Below, in pieces: positions 13,663 through 28,019 of a DNA stretch of 64,000 bases. The DNA lies in contig OX597832.1 of assembly GCA_951406725.2 (NCBI GenBank), positions 32,984,001 to 33,048,000 on the forward strand, read 5' to 3'. The position numbers and the translations under genes were made by a program. This DNA is from Octopus vulgaris. Its lineage: Eukaryota. Under the pieces are notes generated by a model. The model saw only the letters and a list, made by a program, of their open reading frames with translations. It had not been told where the DNA came from and did not search any database. The stretch's first letter is position 1; each line of letters starts with the position of its first letter.

Positions 13663-14005
13663 TATACATATATATACATATACTCACACATCTGAAATGT
13701 AAAGTCTTCTACCCTGATGATGGAGGCTCAACATATCCAATGTTGAATGTATCAATTACGGCTCCATTTTGTAATGAAACACATCTACCAAAGCTATCGT
13801 GGATCTCGTAGCCTACAGAAACAGCTGTTAGTAATGTATCACCTTTCTTACGTCCCTTTAATTTCCTCCATAATTTGTAATCACTGTGCGTTGGACTCAA
13901 TACTATAAGTATATATTTATCTGTACTTTAAAATTCATCACCTGGCAGCCACCACTTTTTGCTTTCTCTCGTTTTGCGTGTATAAATATACACAAGCACA
14001 CACAC

Positions 14006-14069
<64 letters not shown>

Positions 14070-14307
14070 CAACACATTGGATGTACACATATACGGAACA
14101 AAATAGTAGATTCAATTTTGCCCTTTATGATAAAGAAATTTACTTCATCTTCCACTTCATTCTATACACACGCATATACATACATACATAATACAAACAT
14201 ACATTCATGCATACATCTATATATGTACATATATGATATATGTATGCAGGTATGTGAGTACATTTGGGTTTGTGCCTCTGTGTTTCACACTCATCACAAT
14301 GTGCCAA

Positions 14308-14412
14308 CCAGAAGAAGAACAAGGCTTGCAAAGAAAAAAATGCCGAGTCGATTTGTTCGCCTGGAATACTTCAAGGAAGTACACCAGCATGGCCGCAATC
14401 TACTGACTATAA
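14308..14412 (+). mobile_element. SINE family A, 3' fragment
   Basis: GTCGATTTGTTCG..CCAGCATGGCCGCAATC..TGACT. Confidence 0.5.
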
Positions 14413-14461
14413 CATTGTATGTATGTGTGTATGTATGTATGTATGTATGTATCTATTTATA

Positions 14462-14497
<36 letters not shown>

Positions 14498-15788
14498 GAT
14501 CTTTCTATCTATCTATCTGTTTATCTATCTATATGTCTGTCTGTCTCTGTGTGTCTGTCCGTCCCTCCGTCTTTCTCCCTCTCTTTATATGTATATATAT
14601 ACACACACACACGCAGATATAATATTCATTTTGATGTACACTTGGTGAAACAATGGCAAATATTGTTACTTTCTCTCTTTGCGATAGAAACGTAGCTAGT
14701 TATTTTGCGTCTACCTTTTGAAATTCCCCTGATTCAACAGATAAGCTGCTGCAGACGATATAATATCAAAGAGATTCGAGCAGACGCCTATCCCAATCCC
14801 CTACCACACACCTTTACACCTATATAAAAACATCGTTATTTCAATAGGCAACAAGGTGTAGGTTGTGTTTGAAATAAGATAAAATTTATTCAGTACACTT
14901 TTGAAATGTCGAATGGAAGGAAGATATTAATCTAGACAAGTCGATGTTTTATATTAAAAAAATTTACAGTTCACTGAGTAAAAATAATTGAAGAACATTT
15001 CCCAGGGAAGATCATCGATATACTCTTAAGCTATAAAATAATATTTACATGACCACATTCACTGAGCATACATTTACTCTATCAAATAACGTTGCCGTGA
15101 CCATGCTTGGTGCTTATTTGGTGTCAATATATTCAGCGTAATCCTTGATTACAGAATAACGTTTACACGACTATGTTTACTATATGTGTGAATAGGCGAT
15201 ATAAACAAAATACATTTAGGTTACCAGATGACATCCACATGGGAGCATTTGCAACAAGAGTGCAGACAATGAAGATAATCAATATATGTTGATGCTATAA
15301 AATAACGTCCGTGTGTCCATATTAAATAATTGTGTGAATACTCTATAACAAATCAAGACAAATTACGGATAAACATACATGTATGTTATAAAATATTGTT
15401 CACACAACAACATTTACTAAATGTGTGAAGGCAATATACACAATTAGCTTATTTTTATGAGGGGGTGTTTACATTGCGATATCGGAGTATTCAGTACTAA
15501 ATTTCATGAATGGCCTTCCTGATTCCAAATCGTGTCGATAGGCGATTCAGCATTAGGTCTTCGAGAGACTTTTAAATAAACACCGGCGTGAAAGAAGGGG
15601 CTGATCTTAATTGACAATGCAGTTGCTCATGATGTATAGCTTTATCCTAATATCACGGATTCCTTGAATATCTTGCCAGTTTGTGGTGCATAATTTACCA
15701 GTCGTTCACACCGAACAGCCGTCTTGAACGATTTGGTCACTCATAACACCCCAGAGGATATTTCATTCCAGGACTATTTTCTCGATTT

Positions 15789-16000
15789 CGGCGAACTAAC
15801 GGTTTGGTTGTCACGTCGGGCAAAATGTTGCGCAACATTCCGTCTGTTCTCACCTTCTGAGTTCAAATTCCGCGCAGGTCGATCTTTCCTTGCATCCTTT
15901 CGGGGTATATATAATATAAGTACCAGTTGAGGACTGGGTATTTAAGTTATAACCTAGACCCCTTGCCGCAAAGTTTCGGGCCTCGTACCTGTAGTAAAAG
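15789..16000 (+). mobile_element. SINE family B, degenerate
   Basis: TCTGAGTTCAAATTCCGCGCAGGTCGATCTTTCCTTGCATCCTTTCGGGG..TAAGTACCAGTTG. Confidence 0.7.
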
Positions 16001-16514
16001 AGATTATTTTATAGATTTCTAAGACGAAAAAACGTACATAAACGGTTAGAGCACAGGCAAAATCGCTTTGAGGGTTGAGTAAACATAATCACCTATGCTG
16101 ACGCTAATTAGACTACTGACGTTATCAAATGTCGATCCCTCTAAACAATTTCAGACTCTTCATCTTGTTCTTCAGGAAAGTTTTGCTTGAGAATGCAAAA
16201 TTATTCGGAAGTCTGCAAAAAGAAAACTGACGATAAAACGGAATGAACCGATATCTTTAATGACTCTTCGGAATATTGAGCGATCAAAACGCATGTCTTA
16301 AATGCAAGGTTGTCAGATGCTGTGTATTCTCCCCATACATTCACCTTACCCTAAAGCGGAAAGTCGGTTTTTCAAGTCTTTCGATAACATTGCTTACGGG
16401 GTTGTGTAGAGATGAGGTTTAAAATGAGAAGTCCTGCCAGCTTTGAGTAAAGCAATTGCTAGAGATATCCCCCGATTTCTGTTACACAAAAATATGTTTT
16501 AAAAAATATTTTAG

Positions 16515-16650
16515 GCAAGGGTGGGTGTGTGGGAGAGAAACATTCTTCCCAAACGTAAGGTCTTGTGTTCAGTCCCACCGTGCATCTTTTACTTGGGCAA
16601 GTCTTCAGACTGGATTTGGTAGACAGAATCAGAAAGAAACGTGTAGTGTA
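16515..16650 (+). mobile_element. SINE family A, 5' part
   Basis: GTTCAGTCCCACCGTGC..TTGGGCAAGT..TGGATTTGGTAGACAGAA..AAAGAAAC followed by (CA)n. Confidence 0.55.
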
Positions 16651-16693
16651 CACACACACACACATACACACGCACATATACACACACAAATGC

Positions 16694-16744
<51 letters not shown>

Positions 16745-16952
16745 ATTAATTTCTGTGGCTTCGGAGTGTTTCACAGCTATTTTTAGCAAAGCTGGTGTTT
16801 TAAAAGAAGCGCCCTTAATAAACATAATAAAATAGGGTAATAATAAATTATTATTACCAGTGGCCTAGCACAAAAAACGAATTAGTCATTAGACTATATA
16901 TTATTCATATAGAAATGAAATAAGAGCCTCTTTGGAAGCCTCTTATTGTATT

Positions 16953-17008
<56 letters not shown>

Positions 17009-17009
<1 letters not shown>

Positions 17010-17375
17010 GCGTAGGAGTGGCGATGTGGTAAGTAGATTGCTTATCTGCCACATGGTTCTGGATTCAGTCCCACTGCTTGGCACCTTGGGCAAGTGTCTT
17101 CTACTATAGCCTCGGGCCGACCAAAGCCTTGTGACTGGATTTGGTATATGTGTGTGTATATATATTTGTGTGTCTGTGTTTGTCCCCCAACATCGCTTGA
17201 CAACCGATGGTGGTGTGCTTGCGTCCCCCGTAGTTTAGCGGTTCGGCTAAAGAGACCGATGGAATAAGTACTAGGCTTACAAAGAATAAGTCCTAGGGTC
17301 GATTTGTTCGACCGAAGGCGGTGCCCCAGCATGGTCGCAGTCAAATGACTGAAACAAGTAAAAGAATAAAAGAAT
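17009..17375 (+). mobile_element. SINE family A, well-preserved copy
   Basis: GCGTAGGAGTGGCGATGTGGTAAG (A-box-like), GGATTCAGTCCC (B-box-like), complete body, tail ACTGAAACAAGTAAAAGAATAAAAGAATA. Confidence 0.85.
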
Positions 17376-17448
17376 ATACGGGTTTAGCATTCGGCCACTA
17401 ACATTAAAATATCTCAGGAGTATAAATGTTCCTTATTTATTTTTAGGA

Positions 17449-17491
<43 letters not shown>

Positions 17492-17493
17492 GA

Positions 17494-17530
<37 letters not shown>

Positions 17531-17554
17531 TCATGTGTGCGCGTGTCTGTTTAT

Positions 17555-17745
17555 ATTTAAGCTTGTCTCTCGCCCACCAGACGGTGTTGGATTTTCCGTA
17601 ACTTAGCGATTCAGTTAAGGAGATCGAGTGAATAATTGCTAGGTTTTCAAATAAGTACTGGCGTTGAATTTTATCGACGAAAACCTGTAATGCCTTGACC
17701 CCAATTTGGCCGCAGTTTAGTGACTGAAACGAGTAAAAGATGAAA
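17555..17745 (+). mobile_element. SINE family A, degenerate 3' half
   Basis: CCGTAACTTAGCGATTC..TGGCCGCAGTTTAGTGACTGAAACGAGTAAAAG. Confidence 0.55.
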
Positions 17746-18172
17746 GAGAATTTGGTTTCTGGTCCCTCACTCGACTGCGGAACGATGCGGAACGATGCGG
17801 TACGGAAAATCATGCTGCGTGAATAATGGAATTATGCAGCGGTTGCATAATTGCACGAAACAGACTGTAACCAAATGTTTTCTTAATTACTTGTGATATT
17901 ACATTGCACTCCGCCGACGCCGCCGACGCAGTATTACATTCCCCTCCCTCACACACACGCATACGTACACACATACACCTACGCATGCAGAAGCACACTC
18001 TGAAAGACAAATATATTCCTGTGTATATGTACGTGTAAGTATATATATATGTATGCATGCATGTATTTATATATACATACACACACACACTCGCAGACAC
18101 ACGCGCACACACACACATATATATGCATATCTGTGTGTATAAATATGTGTGCAAGTGTGAATATATATATAC

Positions 18173-18203
<31 letters not shown>

Positions 18204-18290
18204 AATATATATACTCACAGATATGCATATATATATATGTGTGTGTGCGCGTGTGTGTGCGTGTGTATATATATACATATATATATATAC

Positions 18291-18321
<31 letters not shown>

Positions 18322-19054
18322 CATATATATATATACATGTATGTATATGTATATATATATGTATATATGTATGTATGCATCTATGCATGTATGTATGTAT
18401 GTATGTATACAGAATAGAAAGGGTATATATATATATATATATATAAATACGGAGATACTGAGATGGAGTGAAAGAGGTGGTTATCACTACGGCGGATATA
18501 AAGATAATATAAAGACAGCAACTGGTGCACGTTTCGTCACTTTCTATATAATTATTATCGCTTCTACTCCAATAAGTCTTATAAACAACATACAGATAAA
18601 AGTCAGTCATTTATTCCACTGCAATACGCTCGCTAATAGATGAGTGATATCAAATGAATTATGTAGAAAAATCAAACAGCGGAGGAAATAATTAATATAG
18701 TATATATGCATAAATAGTACATTTTCTGATAAAGTAATTTTATCAACGCAAAGCAGTGAAATGTATATGGTCCATACATATATTAAACGCATTTGATGCT
18801 GTTATTCAGATGCTATAATAAAATGAATGAGAGTGTGAACAATAAACGACTCACTTCGCTCTAGTGTGACTGAGAATGTATCAAAGAGTGGGAATAGGAA
18901 AAAATAATTATATGCAAATGCAAATGCTTGCATTTGAATGGAAATGTAAATATGAGCAGTTACAATTGTACGTTCAGGGAGTTGGTAGGTACACAGAAAT
19001 AAAACTATAAACGTGTGCGTGTGTAGTTATATGTATATATATATACATATATTG

Positions 19055-19091
<37 letters not shown>

Positions 19092-19330
19092 CATTCATAT
19101 GTGTATATATCTATCTGTATATGTATGGATATGCGTGTGTTATGTATATCTGTATGCTCACAAACATACATACAGACACACACACATATGTATATACAAA
19201 TATATATATATATATATATGTGTATATATATATATATATATAAAGACACATGCGAATAGATACATACATACATACATACACAGACTTAAAACGCATATAT
19301 ATATATATATATATGTACATATTTGTATAT

Positions 19331-19363
<33 letters not shown>

Positions 19364-19407
19364 ATTATATACATATATAGATACGTATATCTATCTCTCT
19401 CACTGTG

Positions 19408-19458
<51 letters not shown>

Positions 19459-19921
19459 ATAAACTATGTGTGTATAACTATATATATGTTTGGACGTGTT
19501 TATATGTATGCATATTTAGAAACATATGTATAAACATGGCCGTATGTATGTAAAATATGAGCGCGTTTCGCTATACTGGCGAACGATAGCATCTCTCACC
19601 ATGTGTAGGCTTCGGTATTCATTTGTCAGCGAATCTATAGATTGTGTATGAATTACATTGAGTAACTAAATAAACGCCTGCTTTAGATTGCATAACTGAA
19701 TTTACAGGCAGAGGTGGAAAGACGTTATCAGAGAAAGTCCGTGATACACACAGACATACGCACGGGCATACACACACATACACAGACAGACATGCATACA
19801 CACATACAGCCGCGCACACACAAACACGCATAAACACACACAAACATACACACAGACGCAAAGATATTTAGATTAGAGGAGCACAGATCCGATGTTCTAG
19901 CATGAACAAGTGTTTGCTTGT

Positions 19922-20560
<639 letters not shown>

Positions 20561-21463
20561 GTGTTTGTGCATGTGTGTGTGTGTATAAATGTATGCATAC
20601 ATATTGTGTTACATAATTTCTAAGCAGAATTTATTTTAGAAATAAAATCATGGAAACTCTTTTGATCTGAAATATAGGCTGCTGTGATAGTCACATAAAC
20701 CATGATTGGGTTGACTTGACGATACGTAGGTACGTCTGCGCCTCTTATTCAACATGCCTCTACGTAAATTCACAGTTGTACGTATCAGAAACCATACACG
20801 CATTCGTTCATACATACGTACATACATACATACATATCGATGTTACACACACACATATATGTTTGCATCTATCTATATATATCTATATATCTATATATAT
20901 ATATATGTGTGTGTGTGTGTATGTAAATGCATGTATGTATATATATTCAACTACATATGTATGTATAGACATATATACGCATGCATATATATTGCGTGTA
21001 TATATATATGTATATATAAGTATATATATATATACGTATATATATGCGTATAAATGTAATTATATATATATAGTTATATGTGCGTCGTAGATGTGTTTAT
21101 CTGTATCGATGCATCTTGTGTATTTCTTGAGTTATTTTTGTGTTTGTGATTGTTTTGTTGCTTTTGAATGATTCTTGCTTCTTTGTGGTTCGATCTCTCT
21201 CAACAAGCGAATGATTAGGTGTCAAAATGTTTATTGAACAAGTTCACATCGAACTGGAACAATGAATGCAAATTGCAGGCGAAAGTTTGCTGCATGCAAA
21301 AAAAAAAAAAAATCAAAAAAAGAAAAATGCAAAAATATGAAACGTGATGGTGATCGCGGCATAGAAGATGAGATATGGAGGAAAAAAAGAAAGTGGGAAA
21401 GAAGGCGGAGGAGGAGAAAAAAGAGAAGAAATAGAAATAGAAGAAGAAGAACAACAACAATAA

Positions 21464-21480
21464 CGATAATAATAATAATA

Positions 21481-21511
<31 letters not shown>

Positions 21512-21756
21512 AAATAATAATAATATGAAGAAGAAGGAGAAGAAGAAGAAGTAGAAGGAGGAGGAGGAGATGATGAAGGAGACAAAGAAGAAGAAGAAGA
21601 AGAAGAAGTAGAAGGAGGAGGAGGAGGAGGAGGAGAAGAAGAATATTAAGAGAAAAGAAGAAGAGGTAGAAGAAGAAGAAGAAGAAGAAGAAGAAGAAGA
21701 AGAAGAAGAAGAAGAAGAAGAAGAAGAAGAAGAAGAAGAAGAAGAAGAAGAAGAAA
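21464..21756 (+). repeat. Compound (AAT)n/(GGA)n/(GAA)n microsatellite
   Basis: Directly visible triplet arrays. Confidence 0.9.
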
Positions 21757-21982
21757 ACTTTCTATAAGAAGAAGATATAAATAAGATAAAGAAATGAAAA
21801 TTATCATATTTAAATCAATTATATGCGTTCTTTCGAGAAAAACGAAGATATTCCATATCTACCAAATGAAAATGATTTATCTTTCTTTGACTATCATTAA
21901 CGGCTTTATAATTGCCTTCTTGTCAGTTTTATATGAATTTTTATATATATAATATCACGTATATTTATATATATAATATCAC

Positions 21983-22041
<59 letters not shown>

Positions 22042-22070
22042 CATATATATATATATACATATATATATGC

Positions 22071-22109
<39 letters not shown>

Positions 22110-22176
22110 GATATATATATAAGTACAGGCACACACACGCTTTCGCATTTCTAAGTATTTGCATAAATATGTATGC

Positions 22177-22238
<62 letters not shown>

Positions 22239-22599
22239 GCGTGTGTGTAGATTGTTATTTAATTGTTATTGCAAGTAGTTTTGCGTTTATTTATAGTGTA
22301 TGTAAGTTCATCAATACATCAAATCGAAGCATTTCATAACAGTGAGTATTTAACGCTTCAGATTCTGCCTAACTGAATACCCATAAAACATTTATTAGCT
22401 GATATATATATATATTAGAAATGCGTATAAATATACGTATGCATATATGTGTGCACCCCTGTTTGTATGTATGTATGTATGTATGTATGTATTTATCTAT
22501 GTATGTATGTATGTATGTATCTATCTATCTATCTATCTACCTATCTATCTATATGTATGTCTCTCTATCTATCTATCCGTCTATTATCTTTTATTATTG

Positions 22600-22940
22600 T
22601 GTCACTTCACTACGGCTAAGCTGAGACACCGCCCTGAATGCTTTTAGTTGAGCAAATCGATGCCAGGACTTAGTTTTGTGAAACCTCGATTTATCGATTT
22701 CTTTTGACAATTTATCGATTTCTTTTGACAAACTGCTCAGTTAGAGGGACATAAACTCACTAACACCTATTTCTAGGAGTAGTGTGGGAAAAATAGAGAC
22801 ACATAGACACACGCATAGATACATATAGGTCGGTATTTTTCAGTTTGTCAACGGTTTGATAGGCCCAAGGCTATAGTAGAAGTCACTGAAACGGGAAGCA
22901 TGTGGTTGTGGTACGATCGTTTTACCACACAGGTAGGCCT
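22600..22940 (-). mobile_element. SINE family A, degenerate
   Basis: GAGCAAATCGATGCCAGGACTTA, GGCCCAAGGCTATAGTAGAAG and TTTACCACACAG match the reverse complement of family A. Confidence 0.6.
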
Positions 22941-22944
22941 GAAA

Positions 22945-22995
22945 CTATAACTGATGAGCATGAAATATCATGCGAAATTGACATGCCAATCTATG
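22945..22995 (+). ncRNA. Type I hammerhead ribozyme-like motif (intact core)
   Basis: CTGATGA (22951-22957); stem II GCATGA/TCATGC with a 4-nt loop and G-C closing pair; GAAA; stem III TTG/CAA; cleavage triplet AUC at 22989-22991. Stem I is weak (TATA/TATG plus an extra A). Confidence 0.6.
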
Positions 22996-24039
22996 ACCTC
23001 TCAATTGTGGTGTGGTAGTTGTCTCACTTGTCAATGAATAGAAAATGAGCTATTGTAACTAAAGAGTATTTTGACTCGTATTTCTGGCAATGTTGGTGCT
23101 TCCTGCACCCTCCGTCACATTTTAGTGACGGCGAAGTATTTGAAATATATCGGATTGAACGGTACTGCTCAGGTGTCGAAACCATAATGATATCCGTGTC
23201 GCAGCTGATGATGGAGGTATGTTGCATTGTTGGCATGACTGTTTTGTATATGTTAAATATTGTTATAACACATCCTTTTGATACAGAGATATATATTGAC
23301 AGTTAAGCGCACCATCATTGATTGAGTTAACCCCGCCATCAGCGCGTGCAGGACCTTGTTCTGAATGTGTCATTTATAAGTCAGACGAACGACGAAACAT
23401 TGATGCCCTTCGCTCCGAGAAGGGATCTATTTGAACTGTCTCGCTCGGCTATGACTTACTTTCACGTGTTCTTTTACTGAGGCTTATGGAAAAAATATCT
23501 ACGACATAAAGAGCTGCCTGTGCATTTTAGATATAACGGCGACACGAGTTAGATATAATGGCTACTCTTCACCACACACACACACACACTCTCTCACAGA
23601 CACACACATAAACGCACATACAGACACTTATACACGTCTGGTGTAAGTCTTTTGCCAATTCCTGGTCAGTGATCTATGTTTTCATGCATCCATCCCTGTT
23701 GATACCATGATGGCTATTCTACGATTCTTTACCAGTTCCAGAAAACACAATATTTTGCCAGCACGTTGGACCGTGATCTTAGTCGGAACTAGAATACTTT
23801 CGATTCATCCATCTCCACAGAAGCGCAGCTAGTTGCACGATTATTGCCATTGAAATTATGTAAAAGCAATCGTAAATATTAAGTCTGGCGTAAATTTCAG
23901 ATATCTTGGAGGCAATTTCTGACAATAACTTTTACTTGTTTCAGCCATTTCACTTCTTCCTTGCTAGTGCATTGCATTCAATGATTTGGTTTAATTAATG
24001 AACAGCGTCTGTTCATAAGTCTGGCATGTATTCTGTCTG

Positions 24040-24300
24040 ACACTTTTAACGAACCGCTAAGTTACGTCTCCATAAACAAAACAACGCTGGTTGTTAATCG
24101 CTGAGGGAAGAGGAACACAAAGAATACAAAAACACACACATACATGCATACTTTCACATACACACATACTTTCACATATATGCATGTGAGACAGGATTCC
24201 ACACTGTTTCCGTCTTCGGAATTCGCTCACACGGCATTGGTCGGTCAGTGAGAATAGCAGAAAAGAGTTGCCGCGCAGCAGAAATGAACCTGAAATTATT
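24040..24300 (-). mobile_element. SINE family A, degenerate
   Basis: GAACCGCTAAGTTACG..AAACA..GGTTGT, an internal (CA)n, GTTTCCGTCT..CATTGGTCGG. Confidence 0.55.
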
Positions 24301-25702
24301 AGATTAGAAATCGATTTTCGTAACTCCAGAGACATGACTGTACCGAAGTATATAACTAAGAGAGAAATACCCGAAGATCTACCCGAAAATCCATTTTCGA
24401 TTTGTGCTGTTGATTGATTCACTGTCCTTACATCAGCCAACAGAATAAGCTTTATTGTATGTTTAGGAAAGTTTTTTCGAGCACGCTTAATATATTTTGC
24501 TAAAGTGGTTTTGGGTGAAGGGCCGGAGATTTCGGGGTCTCCGACTCGTAACAGTGTCTGATACTTTGGATGCAACCACAATTCTATAGCGCCGTACGTA
24601 CTCCCATTCTTATGTTGCATGTGTAAGCATTCGTGTATGTGTGTATGCATACGCATCTATTTAACATCTGTGTATGTATGCATATATATACATATATACA
24701 TATACATACATACATATACATACATATATTCATACATACATATATATATAAACATATATATGTATGTATGTGTGTACATATCTATACTGGTTCGGGGTGG
24801 GGGGTGAATGGGTTTATGTATTCGGGTATATAAATATGTGCATACGTTTATATGCTTGCATTTACATATGTGTCTCACTCTTCCCCTTCCTCTCTAGGTA
24901 TACGTATATATTTATACATGCTTGTGTACGTGTGCGTGCGTGTGAGAGTGTGGCTCTTCGTGTATGTATGTATGTATGTATGTATGTATGCATGCATGTA
25001 TGTATGAGAGTATGTATCTATGTATGTATGTATGTATGTATGTATGTATGTATGTATGTATGTATGTACGTATGTGTGTATGACAGCGTATGTGCGTAGT
25101 TTCGTGTTGTGTGCTTCTGTGTCTTGGAGAGTGTGTCACGATAATTAATTAGTTAGTCTCTACTTACACTATACATCACGCAAGTTAATTAAAGAATCGC
25201 CTAACGGAAATAATACCTTGTTCCGCTTTGCTTTGAATTACGTCGGGTGTGAAATCTATCAAAGATAGTCACGTGTTACTGACAAGTGCAGCATCTGAGA
25301 TTTTGGTGGAACTGTAATTCTATTGCGCCGTATGTATTTCCCTTCTGTATCCCCTGTCTTTGATTTATAGAACTTCGCTGAGAATGAACGCTCAAAGCAT
25401 TTGCTGCAGTACTACTGCATTACTTACACACACACACACAAACATACACACCCACAAACATACACACACACACACACTCAAGATCACATACACTCGCATA
25501 CAGACACACTCTCGCACATACATAGACGCATATGTGTATGTGAGAGTGACTTAGTATGTATCTGATACAGGCATAAAATTTAAAATACTGTTTTATTTAA
25601 AATTAAAAACGATTAATTTTAAAAACAAATCTTTAGAATATAGCAAAAAGACACGCACTGATGTGTATATATGTGTGTGTGTGTGCGTGTTTTTGTGTGT
25701 GT

Positions 25703-25751
<49 letters not shown>

Positions 25752-25769
25752 AAATTTTTCTCTGTATGT

Positions 25770-25965
25770 AACTCCTTCACCGCTTGACGACCGGTGTTGA
25801 AGCGTTTACGTACGCGTAACCTAGCAGTTTGGAAAATCGGGGCGATAGAAATAGTAGAAGGCTTTCAAACAAACTGATATGTACTGACGTCTTCTCATTC
25901 GACTACAACCCATTGAGGGCGCTGCTCCAGAATGGCTTCAGTCTAATGACTGGAACAAGAAAGAC
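25770..25965 (+). mobile_element. SINE family A, 3' half
   Basis: CACCGCTTGACGACCGGTGTTG..GCTCCAGAATGGC..AATGACTGGAACAAG. Confidence 0.6.
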
Positions 25966-26867
25966 AAATGTACTAGGGGAAAATGTCTTTAAGGTGACAG
26001 AATTCTTTGTGCATCGGATAAAATGCTTAGGTACATATCTTTCGGCGCTTTACGCTTGGAATTACATCACGCTGTACTCAGTTATGTCTTTCATCGCTTC
26101 AGGATCGATAAAAACAACGTTACCTGTCAAGTACAAGGGACGGCATCATCGATTAATGCCCTCCCTTCAAAAATTGCTTGCTTTGAAACCTGCAACGGTC
26201 CGTCGTTCCTTTCAAAGTATTCTTTTAATTCCGCTCATTTATACGCCGCCATGTCTTCGGCCTCAAAAAAAAAAAAAGAAAAACACTTTTTGACTATTTC
26301 AAGGTAAAATATTGGTGTACACCTGTTCCTCCATTTGCTGTTACTATGGTCTTAGCTCAATCTGGACAGACCAAACTTATGGTCAAATGCACCGCTATAC
26401 TTTGAACTTCACACGTTTTATTTTTTAAATTTCAGTTATTTTATTTAAAGTGTTCTTCTTATGCTACATCACTGGCGTTCGTTTGCAGCAAATTTGATTT
26501 CTCTTTTCAATGGTTCAAATTTATCCTGGACAATCTGCCATCTAGAAACGAACGTTTGGCTATATTGTTGTTGTTGTTGTTGCTGCTGTTGATGTTTACG
26601 CAATCAATTTGATTGTTTAACTTGGAATCAGACACAATCGAATTGGCTTATTAAAATAGGCGTCATAAACATTCCAACCGTGGCAATGCCACCTCCCTCC
26701 TATTCCTTATCTACTGGGAACTTGGCACCATCTTTTACAATATGCAATGTTTTATGCCTTACATACAGTAAATTTGGCTGTCATTTCTAGCAATGTGATC
26801 CTGGGATTAAAGTATCACTCGTTGGTCCTTCACACTACTGTTTTCTGATGTTTAGGTATTTCGCCTT

Positions 26868-26919
26868 GGTGATGATGATGATGTTGTTGTTGATGATAAT
26901 GATGAAGATGATGATGAGA

Positions 26920-26966
<47 letters not shown>

Positions 26967-27050
26967 GAGGATGGGGAGAATGATGATGATGATGATTATG
27001 ATGATTATGATGAGGATGAAGACAATGATGAAGATGATGATGATGATGTA
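26868..27050 (+). repeat. (ATG)n microsatellite
   Basis: Directly visible; it produces the spurious poly-M and poly-H ORFs. Confidence 0.9.
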
Positions 27051-27745
27051 ATATACTTTTTGTCATTGTCGATGGAAATATACTTTTTATTGTTCTCGAT
27101 GTTATGACAGTCATTTTTGCTGTCTTCGTTGTTGTTGTTGTACGTGTTGTTGTTACCGTTGCGATCGCTTATTGATTTCACGCTGCCATGGTTGTTGTTA
27201 TTATTGTACTTGGTTATTCCAGCCGTTCTTGTTGCTGTCATTTTTGTTTATCTTCTGACTCTTCTCTTTGTTTTTTTTTTTTTGTTTTTGTCTGATAGAT
27301 ATCATTTACACATTTAATGTTGTTTTGCTTGCAGTTGTCTTTCTTATTGTAGCATTCATTTCAGGATAAGCAAATGAACGATTATCTATGAATGTTCTGA
27401 AGTTATGTTCAGGAAAAATCTTTCATTATTATGGCAGAGCAAACATGGCGGCGATAAGCGCGTATCTGAATATGTTGTAGGTTGATAGAGACAGAGGCCT
27501 ACATTGTGTCAGTGGCAGCTTGATAAGACGGCGTTGTGTCTTCCTTTTATTATTTTTTTTCTGAGAGACGAGGGTCAAACGGGGGTTGTAGAAGCATAAA
27601 CACGAAATTGTTCAGAAGTGATAAGGAAACGATAGCAATAGACTGGGATGAGGGGGGCAGATTGGCTTGGTGGCGGGACACATAACAAAACCAACGAAGA
27701 ATAAGTACGAGAATCATTTATTGTTGTTGTTATTATTATTATTAT

Positions 27746-27804
<59 letters not shown>

Positions 27805-27808
27805 ATAC

Positions 27809-27841
<33 letters not shown>

Positions 27842-28019
27842 GAGGATGATTATGATACTACAAGAAGAAGCATACAAAAAAGAGGAAAATGAAGAAGAAG
27901 AAGAAGAAGAAGAAGAAGAAGAAGAAGAACAACAACAACAACAACAACAACAACAAGGGGAACAACAACAACAGCAACAAAAACAAGAAGAAGAAGAATG
28001 TTGGCTTCTAATAGAGACA

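Noticed and set aside
13714-13750. CTGATGA followed by a TGGA/TCCA stem
   Set aside because: No GAAA follows the stem.
16200-16470. Faint resemblance to the YSPDL region of Tc1/mariner transposases
   Set aside because: Too degenerate to support from the sequence alone.
21257-21272. Sox-like AACAAT next to octamer ATGCAAAT (other octamers near 5581, 18912, 49446)
   Set aside because: Several octamers are expected by chance in 64 kb of AT-rich DNA; no independent support.
24057-24656. 199-aa minus-strand ORF
   Set aside because: It runs through a SINE and microsatellite, and no protein motif is recognised.
26620-26830. Short motifs (ATTCCAGCCGT, TTTGGCTG..ATTTCTAGCA) recurring near 6270, 51665-51755 and 63720
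   Set aside because: Probably an old dispersed repeat, but boundaries and class cannot be defined by eye.
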